Below are positions 9,180 through 18,400 of a DNA stretch of 64,000 nt, in pieces (within the stretch, counting starts at the first letter, position 1; every line of letters begins with the position of its first letter). Both the position numbers and the translations under genes were made by a program. The stretch is taken from positions 810,390 through 874,389 of the forward strand of contig CAVRYF010000014.1 in assembly GCA_963725325.1 (NCBI GenBank). Reading direction: 5' to 3'. The DNA comes from an uncultured Acidobacteriota bacterium (lineage in GTDB: Bacteria > Acidobacteriota > Vicinamibacteria > Vicinamibacterales > 2-12-FULL-66-21). The notes below the pieces were generated by a model. The model had not been told where the DNA came from. It worked only from the letters and a program-made list of their open reading frames with translations, and did not search any database.

Positions 9180-12050
9180 TCATGCGAGGGCGGCATCCAG
9201 CTCGAATCGAAACTGCTCGGCGGTGCGCGGCCTTCGCTGCGGATCCGCAGCGAACGCCTTCTCGAAGAACGGCTGCCACGCCACCGCTGCATCAGGCGTC
9301 AATGACGAGATATCGGAAAGCGCGCTGGGTACGCGCCCGGCGGGCCCGCGCGAGGGCGACAGTTCCTTGAACGGGTGAGTTCCAGAAAGCATCTCGTAGG
9401 CGATGACTGAGAGGGCCCACAAATCCCAGGTCGGATCTGGCGGCCCCCCTTGCCACTGTTCGGGCGACATATACGGCGGCGTCCCCAGGAGCACGCCGGG
9501 TGCGGTATCGGCGGTTGGCATCTCGGAGGGGACGTCGAAAAACTTCGCGATGCCGAAGTCGAGGACCTTACAGGTCTGTCGCCCCGAGCTTCCCGTGAGG
9601 AAGATGTTCTCGGGTTTCAGATCGCGATGGACGAGCTGCCGCCGGTGCGCGGCATCAAGTGCGCTGCAGACGTCACGCAGCACCGGCAGGAGCTGCGACG
9701 TCGAGAAACGACCCGACTCCCGGAGGCGCTCGCGGATCGTCGATCCTTCGAGCAGTTCCATGACCAGGTAGGCCCGCGCTTCTTTCGTCACACCGAAGTC
9801 GTGGATCGTGACGACGTTCGGATGCGAGAAACTTGCGGCCACGCGGGCTTCGCGGCGAAAGCGCTGAGCGGTCTCTTCGCTGCCCACGAGATCTTCGCGA
9901 ACGACCTTCACCGCGACAGAACGTTCGAGTTCAACGTCGGTCGCCTGGTAGACCGAGCCCATGCCGCCGCGACCAAGCCGCCGCTCGAGGCGATATCGCG
10001 CCGCGAGCAGGCGCGGCAAGAATACCGGCCGCAGGGACGCGCCTTCCTGGGAACACTCGGTCGCGCCGCTGTTGTAGCACGCGCCACAGACCGGGCACTC
10101 CTCGAACCTCCGAGCGCTCGCGTCCAGCCCCGCGGGCCTCTCCAGGAGAAATCCAAGGCTTGCGGCAATCGCCCCGAGCAGATCGAGGTCGTCGCGGGAA
10201 TACGGTTCTTCAGACCGCTTCAAGCCGAGTGCGAGCAGCACTTCGACGCGGTCGGCGCCTGTCGTCACGGGCACCACGAGATGAATCCGTTCGCGGCGAA
10301 GAAAGTCCGTGTCCTCGTGTGGAAGCTGTTCGGCCAGCCAATGCGAGCCGGACTGCGTCACCTCGAGTGGCTTGCCGAACAGACGAACAATCGCGACGAG
10401 CTTGCTGTCAACAGGCAGCGGCGCAAGCACATGACCAGGTGGGGCGATGGCCGCCGTGCGGTACGTCGTGTCACGCGGTTCGCCGCTCACGAGAGCCACA
10501 AACTCCGGATGGAGTGCCGCCTCCACGCGGGTCACGACGCTCGGCGCGACCTCCGCAAACGTGCGCGCTTCCCGGATCTCCTGCACGACGTCACGCAGGA
10601 GACGCTGGGCGTCGTAACGCTCGCGAAAGAAGCGGCGATCGAGCGTCTCGAGCCATCTTTGCCGGTTCACGAGCGTGAGCGCCGCCAGGGCTCCGAGTGA
10701 GAGATAGATCCAGCCTCGTCCGCGAAGAATGTCGAGGAGCGGCTGCTGCCCGTGCAACAGCAGGTCGGACAGGAGGAGCAGGCCGAGTGCAGGTACCGCG
10801 GCCAGCAGCACACGCCGGGCCAGCGCGTACTGGAGTCCCTGGCGCAGCAGCACTCGGATGTCGAACAACTGGTGCCGTCGAATCGCGTAGGCCCAGGAGA
10901 TCGGCAAGGCGGCAAAGAGGAGCGTGATGAATGCCAGATAACCGTCGGACGTGAAGAAACGCGCCGCCGGCGATGACGATCGCAACAGAGAGAACACCGC
11001 GGTGGGCACCTCCCCGACGAAGGCCACCAGGGTGCCCGCGACGAGAACCCGGATGCGCCGCCTCTGGTTGACGTCGGACCGGCGGTAGTTCAAGACGAGC
11101 GCGCCGAGCCCTCCAACCATATAGAGAAGAAGAATGCTGGCGCCGATCTGCGGTACGAGATCCGGCATGTGATCGACTCCCAGCATCAGACTGGGACTCG
11201 ACAGCGGAGCGGCATTCAGGAACACCGAACCGAGGACCACCAGGATGAAACCCACCAGTGAGAGACCCGGGAGGAGGAGGATGGTCCACACCCAACGCGC
11301 GCGGAAGAGGGCCCCCGGAAAAATCGCACAGAAGGAAAAGAACACGGTTGGAAGGAGGAACGAGCCCACGAAGGGCCACCACACGAGGAGGCCAATCGGG
11401 AGCGGTAACCGGCGGCACTCGGAGAGGTAGCCGGTGTTCACGGAAAACATTCCCAACGACAGGAGTGCGAGAGCCAACGCGCCGAGACACGCGGCGGGAT
11501 CGCGAGGCCGGCTGAACGCAAGCACGACAGCCAGCAGCGCGCATAGGAACGCGCACCCGATCCCCACGACGGTCCCGACTTGCCTGAGGAGCGGAAGCCG
11601 CGTCCATGACCGTCGTCCCAGCGTCAGCGTGAGCTCCTCGTGCTGGCCACCGCGATCGATGCGAAGCGCGTAGGGGTGATTCGCTTCTACATTCAGGCGG
11701 ACGAAGTCCCAGTCTGCCAGGCTCCCGGTCCGCAGGCCGGCAAAGTCGATGACGCGGTCTCCCGCGCGAACGCCGGCCTCCGCCGCCGCGGTGCCGGGGG
11801 ACACTTCTTCGACGATGAGGGCCTCGTCGCGGAAGTTGATGCGGGAGAACGGAGTCTCGGGCCCCCAGAAAAAGACGTGGACCTCCATCGCGAGGCAGCC
11901 GAGGACCGACGCCGCGATGACATACATCCACCGGGGAGCGCGTGGGGCGGAAGCAGGTCGGTCCAAGGTGCTGGGGAAACGAGAGAGATTATAGACCGTG
12001 CCAGCCAGACGTTTCGTGTCTACGTCTTGCCCGTCGGCGCAAGCCCGCAC
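9180..12050 (-). CDS. Membrane sensor Ser/Thr kinase: PDZ - polytopic membrane domain - GAF-like - zinc ribbon - C-terminal Hanks kinase
   Basis: The PDZ-like block is IVEEVSPGTAAAEAGVRAGDRVIDFAG. About 10 hydrophobic helices follow, then a GAF-like soluble block. The Cys pair is CPVCGACYNSGATEC. Kinase motifs are GRGGMGSVYQA, AVK, HRDLKPEN, DFG and GTPPYMSPE. An alternative start is the ATG at 11927 (MYVIAASVLG...). Confidence 0.85.
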   Translation of the reverse strand: MRACADGQDVDTKRLAGTVYNLSRFPSTLDRPASAPRAPRWMYVIAASVLGCLAMEVHVFFWGPETPFSRINFRDEALIVEEVSPGTAAAEAGVRAGDRVIDFAGLRTGSLADWDFVRLNVEANHPYALRIDRGGQHEELTLTLGRRSWTRLPLLRQVGTVVGIGCAFLCALLAVVLAFSRPRDPAACLGALALALLSLGMFSVNTGYLSECRRLPLPIGLLVWWPFVGSFLLPTVFFSFCAIFPGALFRARWVWTILLLPGLSLVGFILVVLGSVFLNAAPLSSPSLMLGVDHMPDLVPQIGASILLLYMVGGLGALVLNYRRSDVNQRRRIRVLVAGTLVAFVGEVPTAVFSLLRSSSPAARFFTSDGYLAFITLLFAALPISWAYAIRRHQLFDIRVLLRQGLQYALARRVLLAAVPALGLLLLSDLLLHGQQPLLDILRGRGWIYLSLGALAALTLVNRQRWLETLDRRFFRERYDAQRLLRDVVQEIREARTFAEVAPSVVTRVEAALHPEFVALVSGEPRDTTYRTAAIAPPGHVLAPLPVDSKLVAIVRLFGKPLEVTQSGSHWLAEQLPHEDTDFLRRERIHLVVPVTTGADRVEVLLALGLKRSEEPYSRDDLDLLGAIAASLGFLLERPAGLDASARRFEECPVCGACYNSGATECSQEGASLRPVFLPRLLAARYRLERRLGRGGMGSVYQATDVELERSVAVKVVREDLVGSEETAQRFRREARVAASFSHPNVVTIHDFGVTKEARAYLVMELLEGSTIRERLRESGRFSTSQLLPVLRDVCSALDAAHRRQLVHRDLKPENIFLTGSSGRQTCKVLDFGIAKFFDVPSEMPTADTAPGVLLGTPPYMSPEQWQGGPPDPTWDLWALSVIAYEMLSGTHPFKELSPSRGPAGRVPSALSDISSLTPDAAVAWQPFFEKAFAADPQRRPRTAEQFRFELDAALA

Positions 12051-12213
12051 GTCGTCGAAAATGCCGCGTCCAGGCGGAATATTTCGGCCGCTACCATGCG
12101 GCCTGGGCAGGCTAGCCAGGGCCGTTCAAACAATTACCAAGGCGGTCGATCGGCAAGGTTCGTGCGTGTACCTGACTCGCGGCGGTGTGACTTCGATTCC
12201 GAGGGGGCACGAT

Positions 12214-12672
12214 ATGAACGCCAAACGACTAGTCATCGGAACCCTCGCCGGCGCGCTCACCCTATCTGCGACTGGGTACGCAATTTTCGGGTTGGCGTTT
12301 CCGCAGTTCTACTCGCACTTCATGAACGCCGGAGCGGCCACCGGTGTTGAGCGGCAGCCTCTGTTGGCCTGGGCTGTTGTCCTGGGGATGCTGTCATACG
12401 GTGCGCTCATCGCTCTGACGCTCTGGATCACGCCTGGTTCCTTGACCGTGGGTAGAGGAATCACGATTGGCGCTGCCGTCAGCTTTCTCCTCTGGTTCAC
12501 GGCGGACTTCATGCTGTACGGGATCAGCAACGTCGGAAACCTGAGGGGCGTCGTCACCGACCCGCTGCTCAAGTCCGTGCCCGGCGCAATCGCTGGCGCC
12601 GTCATTGCCATCGTGTTCGGGAAGTTGCGGGAAGCGGTGGGAGATGTGTCGAGCGCGACTCGGGTAGGCTAG
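12214..12672 (+). CDS. Small integral membrane protein (4 predicted helices), unknown function
   Basis: The ATG at 12214 has GAGGGGG just upstream. The translation is hydrophobic with coding-like GC3. The upstream part of track ORF 11998.. overlaps the kinase gene and is discounted. Confidence 0.6.
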   Translation: MNAKRLVIGTLAGALTLSATGYAIFGLAFPQFYSHFMNAGAATGVERQPLLAWAVVLGMLSYGALIALTLWITPGSLTVGRGITIGAAVSFLLWFTADFMLYGISNVGNLRGVVTDPLLKSVPGAIAGAVIAIVFGKLREAVGDVSSATRVG

Positions 12673-12678
12673 TGCCCT

Positions 12679-12957
12679 CTACGTCTCATTCCACACGTAC
12701 AGGAACGTGCCATCGCTGGCGGTCGCCACGTTGCGCCCGCCCTTCCGCGTCGCGCGATTCAACGCGGACCGCACTTTTTCCTTGCTGTCTGTCAATTGCG
12801 CCAGCGGCACCTTGAGCGCGACGCCGTTCTGGACTTGATCGAGATCCGAGAGAATCCTGGTCACAATCGCCTTGTGCTTGCCATTGCGGCCCTGCGGAAC
12901 GTCAACCTGCGGCATGCCCATGAAATTCATCGGTGCCTTTTTCCTCGGAGCAGCCAC
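12679..12957 (-). CDS. Hypothetical 92-aa protein
   Basis: The ORF is intact with genome-typical codon usage. It has a basic N-terminus and no recognised motif. It is preceded by an AT-rich region containing ACGTTA repeats. Confidence 0.5.
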   Translation of the reverse strand: MAAPRKKAPMNFMGMPQVDVPQGRNGKHKAIVTRILSDLDQVQNGVALKVPLAQLTDSKEKVRSALNRATRKGGRNVATASDGTFLYVWNET

Positions 12958-12984
12958 AGCCCACTCTCCTTCAGCCAGACGTAA

Positions 12985-13053
12985 ACGTTAAACTAACGTA
13001 ACGTTATCGTATGACCTGATTACGAGTCACACCAGTATACATTCGATACGTTA
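12985..13053. promoter_or_regulatory. AT-rich divergent control region with three ACGTTA hexamers and a 13-bp palindrome TAACGT-A-ACGTTA (12994-13006)
   Basis: Read directly: ACGTTA occurs at 12985, 13001 and 13048, and TAACGT at 12994. G+C is visibly lower than in the flanks. The region lies 28-96 nt upstream of the minus-strand start at 12957. Confidence 0.35.
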
Positions 13054-13201
13054 AGCAGCCCCCACCCCTGCGCTGACCGCGCCATTCGAGTGCGCGGGCA
13101 AGAGACTCGGTAATAGAGCGCGTAAGCCAAGGCTTAAAGGGCTCAGATCGGCTTTGAAAGGATCTGACCCGTATGACGTGCGTCCGAGGTACTGTTCCTC
13201 T

Positions 13202-13399
13202 ATGACGAAACCGAGCGCGCGACTGAAGATCCCTACGCATTTCGAGCAGATTCCCATTGAGGTCGTGAAGAAGATTGTCGAGAGTGATGTTTCGAGCGGC
13301 GACAAGGCTGGAACCAATACTGTGACCGCGGGGCCGGCCCCGGGATCGAAGAGGCCTCAGAAAGCGCCGGCACGCTCGCTCGCTAAAAAGGGTCGCTGA
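13202..13399 (+). CDS. Possible small hypothetical protein (65 aa)
   Basis: This is the internal ATG of track ORF 13154..13399: MTKPSARLKIPTHFEQIPIEVVKKIVES... with a basic tail. No motif was recognised. Codon bias is only moderately convincing. Confidence 0.3.
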   Translation: MTKPSARLKIPTHFEQIPIEVVKKIVESDVSSGDKAGTNTVTAGPAPGSKRPQKAPARSLAKKGR

Positions 13400-13474
13400 G
13401 CTTCGGTGCCGCCGGTACCGCAAGCAAGACGACAGGGTCAGATCGACCTGACCTCATTCAGCAGCGAGGCCTCA

Positions 13475-14572
13475 ATGCTCCACGAATTCATCACGACCTA
13501 CCGGAACGCCATCATCGCGAGAACACGAGAGAAACTGACCGATCGCCCCTGGCCGCTCGTCTCGACGAGCGAGCTCGAACACGGTGTGCCGCTGTTTTTG
13601 ACTCAGCTCTCCGAAACACTTCGCTGGGAAACGACCGCCACCCCGTTCTCTCACCATGCCATCGGGGCGTCAGCGGTGAAGCACGGGCGTGAGTTGCGGC
13701 AACTGGGGTTCAACATCTCTCAGGTGGTCCACGACTACGGGGATATCTGCCAGGCGGTGACGGAGGTCGCCGTTGAGCAGCACCTCCCCATCACGACGGA
13801 AGAGTTCCACACGCTGAATCGCTGCCTCGACACGGCAATCGCGGAAGCCGTCACCGAGCACGCCCGCATCACCGCCGAATCGAGATCGACGGAAGAAATC
13901 GAGCGATCGGGGCAGCTGGCTCACGAGATTCGCGACATCCTCAACACCGCGCTCCTCTCGTTCCATGCGTTGAAACGGGGAACGGTCGCGATCAACGGAA
14001 GCACCGGAACCGTGCTCGGTCGCAGCCTCATGACCCTGCGCGACCTTGTCGACAATACGCTCTCCGACATCCGCATCTCCGCCAACATCCAGCGCAGCGA
14101 GCGGGTGGCGGTCGACACGTTCCTCGGCGACATCGCGGTGGCTGGCCAGCTCCACGCCGAGAACCGCGCCGTGCAATTCGCCGTCGACCACGTCGAACCC
14201 GCGCTCGTCGTGGATGCCGACCCCCAGCTCCTCGCGTCCGCAGTCATGAACCTGTTGAACAACGCCTTCAAGTACACGGCCGCCGGCGGGCGTGTGGTCC
14301 TCCGAGCGGTGGGCGACGACGGGCGGCTGCGTATCGAAGTGGAGGACGAGTGTGGCGGCATCCCCGATGGTACGGATGACCCGTTCAAGTCGTTCGCCGA
14401 CCGGCGCAAGAGCGACCGGACAGGTCTCGGCCTGGGACTCTCGATCGCGCGAAAGGCGGTCAGAATGCACGGGGGAGATATCCACTTCCGCAACCTGCCC
14501 GGTAAGGGATGCGTCTTCGTCATCGACGTACCGATGGCCACTGCTGCGCCCATGCCGCACGTTGCCGGCTAA
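13475..14572 (+). CDS. Soluble (no TM) orphan sensor histidine kinase
   Basis: It has an N-terminal helical sensor (MLHEFITTYRNAIIARTREKL...ELEHGVPLFLTQLSETLR), an H-box-like LAHEIRDILNTAL, and ATPase boxes NNAFKYT and TGLGLGLSIARK. No cognate regulator lies adjacent. Confidence 0.85.
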   Translation: MLHEFITTYRNAIIARTREKLTDRPWPLVSTSELEHGVPLFLTQLSETLRWETTATPFSHHAIGASAVKHGRELRQLGFNISQVVHDYGDICQAVTEVAVEQHLPITTEEFHTLNRCLDTAIAEAVTEHARITAESRSTEEIERSGQLAHEIRDILNTALLSFHALKRGTVAINGSTGTVLGRSLMTLRDLVDNTLSDIRISANIQRSERVAVDTFLGDIAVAGQLHAENRAVQFAVDHVEPALVVDADPQLLASAVMNLLNNAFKYTAAGGRVVLRAVGDDGRLRIEVEDECGGIPDGTDDPFKSFADRRKSDRTGLGLGLSIARKAVRMHGGDIHFRNLPGKGCVFVIDVPMATAAPMPHVAG

Positions 14573-14703
14573 TCCCTCGCGCGGCTTGCCGTCAGAGTGC
14601 TGACGCCTCGCCGCAGGCGCCGCTCGCTCTCACCGTCGACCATGCTAGCCTTCCCCCACCGTGCTCAGGCGTGCCGTCGTCAGCGGGTGAGTGATAGCAA
14701 ACC

Positions 14704-16149
14704 ATGGTTCAAGAGGCGACAACAGCCAGCCCGGCACCGGCGTCCGCGGCGACCCACGCTCACCATCTCCGTCGCGAGCTTGGCCTCTCGGATCTGGTCT
14801 TCACGCAGATCCTCTTCATCATCGGGCTGCCGTGGGTCGGAGTGGCCGCGAAGCAGGGACCGGCGCACGTCATCTTCTGGTTGATCGCGATCGCCCTCTT
14901 CTACATTCCATCGGCGATCGTCGTCATCTACCTCAATCGGCTGATGCCCCTCGAGGGCGGGTTGTATCAGTGGGCGAAGCTCGGATTCAGCGATTTCGCC
15001 GGCTTCATGGTGGCGTGGAATCTGTGGCTCTTCGCCATCCTCAATACGTCGGAGACCGGCATCCAGGTGACGCAGTATCTCTCCTACGTGCTCGGACCCC
15101 GCGGCGCGGGTCTGGCCGAGAGTGGACTCTACACGGGCGTGGTCAGCGCGATCATCTTCGTCGCGCTGTCCGCCCTGGCCATTCGCGGCTTGAGCCTGGG
15201 CAAATGGGTGCACAAAGCGGGCGGCGTGCTGATGGTCGTGACGTTTGCCACGCTGCTGCTCCTGCCGTGGCTGAACCTGGCCAGCGGAACGCTGGCGGAG
15301 TTTCACCCGCTGGCAACGGCCGCGCCGGTCGTCTCGATCATGAGCCTCAACCTGCTGGGGAAGATGGGGTTCGGCGCGCTCGGCGGCTTCGAGTACGTGG
15401 CCATCCATGCCGGTGAGTGTCACGACCCGGTTCGCTCGATCGCGCGATCGGTTGTGATTGCCGCTCCGATCATCGCGGTCATGTTCATCCTCGGAACGAG
15501 CTCCGTGCTGGGGCTCGTGCCGATCGATCAGATCGACTTGATTGCTCCGATCCCGCAGGTGCTGAGCATCGGGTTCCAGCCGCTTGGCTGGGCGGCGCTG
15601 GTGGCGCCGGTCACGATTGTCGTCCTGCTCGTCGTTCGCGTCGCGCAGGCGAGCGTCCTCTTCACAGGCAACACACGGCTTCCGATGGTGGCGGGGTGGG
15701 ACGGCCTGCTGCCCGGCTGGTTCACCCGGCTCCACCATCTCCACCGCACGCCGGTCAACTCGGTCGTCTTCGTCGCGGCAATCACTTTCGTCTTCAGCCT
15801 GGCCGGTGTCATCGGCGTTGGCAAGCAAGAGGGATTTCAGCTGCTGTGGAATGCCTCGGCGATCTTCTACGCGTTGACCTATCTCGTCATGTTCGCAATT
15901 CCGATCGTCGGCCTCAGAGCTGCCGCGGGCCGGCCGCCACTCTGGATCAGGGTGGCGGCGCTCTCGGGTTTTCTCATGACATCCCTGTACGCGGTGCTTT
16001 CGATCCTTCCGATCGTGAACGTCACGAGCCGCACCGTGTTTGCATTGAAAATCACGGTGGTCATCGCCGTCACCAATGCGATCGGTGCGGCGATCTACAG
16101 GAACGCCAGCAACGCCGTCCGTTCGGCGGGCGAAGTCCACGGCCGATAG
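14704..16149 (+). CDS. APC-family amino acid permease
   Basis: It has about 12 hydrophobic helices and an N-terminus LRRELGLSDLVFTQILFIIG typical of APC permeases. Confidence 0.8.
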   Translation: MVQEATTASPAPASAATHAHHLRRELGLSDLVFTQILFIIGLPWVGVAAKQGPAHVIFWLIAIALFYIPSAIVVIYLNRLMPLEGGLYQWAKLGFSDFAGFMVAWNLWLFAILNTSETGIQVTQYLSYVLGPRGAGLAESGLYTGVVSAIIFVALSALAIRGLSLGKWVHKAGGVLMVVTFATLLLLPWLNLASGTLAEFHPLATAAPVVSIMSLNLLGKMGFGALGGFEYVAIHAGECHDPVRSIARSVVIAAPIIAVMFILGTSSVLGLVPIDQIDLIAPIPQVLSIGFQPLGWAALVAPVTIVVLLVVRVAQASVLFTGNTRLPMVAGWDGLLPGWFTRLHHLHRTPVNSVVFVAAITFVFSLAGVIGVGKQEGFQLLWNASAIFYALTYLVMFAIPIVGLRAAAGRPPLWIRVAALSGFLMTSLYAVLSILPIVNVTSRTVFALKITVVIAVTNAIGAAIYRNASNAVRSAGEVHGR

Positions 16150-16266
16150 AGGATCCGCCAGCGACGTGGTCGTCGCCCGGCCAAAGGACGATCGCCGATT
16201 GATCTGCTGGACAAGCAGGTGCGCGACGACTCAGACTGGGCCGAACCCATGCCAATCGGAGGTCTC

Positions 16267-16641
16267 ATGTCGAGCCCTGCCCCATTTGAGCCAATCGCCG
16301 AGCTGTTCGAGCGCAGTCTGAGCATCCGTCACGTCTATGGTGAACCGGTACACCACGGCGAGATGACCGTGATCCCTGTCGCCCAGCTTGCCTATGGCTT
16401 CGGCGCAGGTGGTGGACGGCGCCTGCGGAAGAACGGGGCTGTAGACAATCCGGCCCACAAGGACGCGCCGCCCGACGCCCACGGCGCAGGTGGCGGAGGG
16501 GGAGCCCGGATGACGCCGGTTGGTGCCCTGGAGATTGGCCCGCACGGTACACGTTTCATTCACTTCCATCCGCTGCCGCCATTGCTCGGTGCGGGCGCCC
16601 TTGGACTCGTGCTTGGCTGGCTGCTGGCTCGGCGCAGATGA
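16267..16641 (+). CDS. GerW/YtfJ-family protein
   Basis: The ATG at 16267 has GGAGG 4 nt upstream. The VYGEPVHHGEMTVIPVAQLAYGFGAGGG pattern is typical of the family. It ends in a hydrophobic helix. Confidence 0.55.
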   Translation: MSSPAPFEPIAELFERSLSIRHVYGEPVHHGEMTVIPVAQLAYGFGAGGGRRLRKNGAVDNPAHKDAPPDAHGAGGGGGARMTPVGALEIGPHGTRFIHFHPLPPLLGAGALGLVLGWLLARRR

Positions 16642-16758
16642 ACTCCGAAGCTCGCACTCCTCGTCCACGTGGGCCGTCAGTGCGTCAAATATGGAAACTG
16701 GAATTCGTGGCTCACAGTGGCGCGTGTCCGGACTATTTTGCTGTCAGTGAGGACCACC

Positions 16759-17124
16759 ATGCAGAAGCAACGAGTGAAAGTGGCATTGCTGTTCGTCCTG
16801 GCCTTGACTGCGGCAGCCTGCGATACGACCATCAATAAGGTCCTGGCCGATCCCGGCAAGTACCGCAACCAAACCATTACCGTTCCCGGGACCGTCGACG
16901 AGAGCGCCTCGATTCTCGGCCGCGGAATCTACCGGATCACCGATGGCGATCAGGGCCTGTGGGTAGTGACGACCGCCGGCGCGCCTCGCAAGGGTGCGCG
17001 GGTGAGCGTGACGGGCCGCGTGCAGGAAGGCTATGACCTCGGCGCCTTCGGCAACGTACTCAAGGTCCCGGGAACGCTTCAGAGCGGAGTGGTGCTGATC
17101 GAGTCCTCGCACAAGGCTCGCTAG
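16759..17124 (+). CDS. Putative lipoprotein, small beta-rich domain
   Basis: The signal is MQKQRVKVALLFVLALTAAAC with Cys after an Ala-rich region. The rest is soluble and no motif was recognised. Confidence 0.55.
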   Translation: MQKQRVKVALLFVLALTAAACDTTINKVLADPGKYRNQTITVPGTVDESASILGRGIYRITDGDQGLWVVTTAGAPRKGARVSVTGRVQEGYDLGAFGNVLKVPGTLQSGVVLIESSHKAR

Positions 17125-17184
17125 CGACCGCCGCTGCAGCCTCGGCAGCCTGCCTATCCAGACCGCGACACGTCAGTCGCGCTG

Positions 17185-18240
17185 CTACTGCTTGATGACG
17201 ATGAACCACGCGGCGACGATCGGACCCTGCGGACCGCGGCCACGTCCGCCCGCCGGCGGCGGCGGCGCGTCGGCTGCCGGCGGCGGAGCCGGCCCGCGCT
17301 CGGGCTGGAAGAGGTACGCGTTGTGCGTCGCCGGATCCACGGTGATCGTCTTCGCGCCGGGGAACGTCGCGACGGTTGCCACGACCGTGTACTTGTCGGG
17401 CGAGTCCTGGTGCACGACCGTCACGTTGCCCTCGCCCCCGTTCGGGATATACATCAGTTTCTTCGACGCATCCCACCCCAGAGCATCAACGCGCGTACCA
17501 TTCTTGATGGACGACACGACCTTGCCCGTGCTCGCGTCCACGACAACAGATGTACCGCTGCAGCCAGAGAAGATGCGATTCGACGCCTTGTCATACGCGA
17601 TACCCGTCGGCCCTTCGCACGGCGCGAGCGGCCACGACGCGGTCGCCTTCCACGTCTTGACGTCGATCACCTGAATCGTGTTCTTGCTTTCGTTGTTGAC
17701 GAAGATGTGTCCCTGGCCATCGGCCGCGGCGCCCTCGGGCGCCGTGTCTTCGAGCTCGACGGTGGCGACGATGTCACCGGTGGCCGGGTCGATCGCGGTC
17801 AGAGTGCCGATCGGGCGGCTGTGGTTCGTGAGGATGATTTTGTCGTCGGGCTCGTCGTACATGATGCCGTCGAGGCCGGGGCCGACCTTGATCTGGCGGA
17901 GTACGGCCAGCGTCTTCAGATCGAACATGGTGACGGTCTGGTCGCCGCTGTTCGTCGTAAAGCCGTGACCAGCCTTGGGGGCGAAGCCGGCGCCATGGAC
18001 GCCCGGCGTATTTGGAATATCGCCGAGGACCTTGCCGGTGGCACCCTCGACCACCATCACGTGGCTGGAACGCGACACGAACACTCGGCCCGTGGCGGCC
18101 TCGACGGCCACGTAGTCGGTGCCGCCGTCGCCCTTGATATCGAACTTCTCGACCTTGAACGTCTGCGCCTGCCCGACGCCGGGCACGGCAAGACTCACCA
18201 CGGAGAGCAGCGCAAGTGCGGTGCGGAAGCGGCTGATCAT
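17185..18240 (-). CDS. Secreted YVTN-type beta-propeller repeat protein
   Basis: It has a signal peptide (ALALLSVVSLAVPGVGQAQ) and a repeated ~40-aa propeller pattern (...ATGKVLGDIP..., ...ATGDIVATVEL..., ...STGKVVSSIK...). The C-terminus is Pro/Gly-rich. Confidence 0.7.
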   Translation of the reverse strand: MISRFRTALALLSVVSLAVPGVGQAQTFKVEKFDIKGDGGTDYVAVEAATGRVFVSRSSHVMVVEGATGKVLGDIPNTPGVHGAGFAPKAGHGFTTNSGDQTVTMFDLKTLAVLRQIKVGPGLDGIMYDEPDDKIILTNHSRPIGTLTAIDPATGDIVATVELEDTAPEGAAADGQGHIFVNNESKNTIQVIDVKTWKATASWPLAPCEGPTGIAYDKASNRIFSGCSGTSVVVDASTGKVVSSIKNGTRVDALGWDASKKLMYIPNGGEGNVTVVHQDSPDKYTVVATVATFPGAKTITVDPATHNAYLFQPERGPAPPPAADAPPPPAGGRGRGPQGPIVAAWFIVIKQ

Positions 18241-18400
18241 GAGGAACCTCGCCTGGTTTCGTGTTTCCGACGTCGTTACAGGATCGCTTGGTCTCGTCGA
18301 GGATCGAGGATGTTAGCTTGTTGAACCTGTCTGGAAGATTACAGAGGGTTCGCTTGACGAACGAAGGCGCCGGGGAGGGACCAGTTCGGTAATATCACGC

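Noticed and set aside
14680-16140. 486-aa ORF antisense to the amino acid permease gene
   Set aside because: The translation is an extremely charged D/R/E/H-rich sequence. The plus strand gives a typical 12-helix APC permease.
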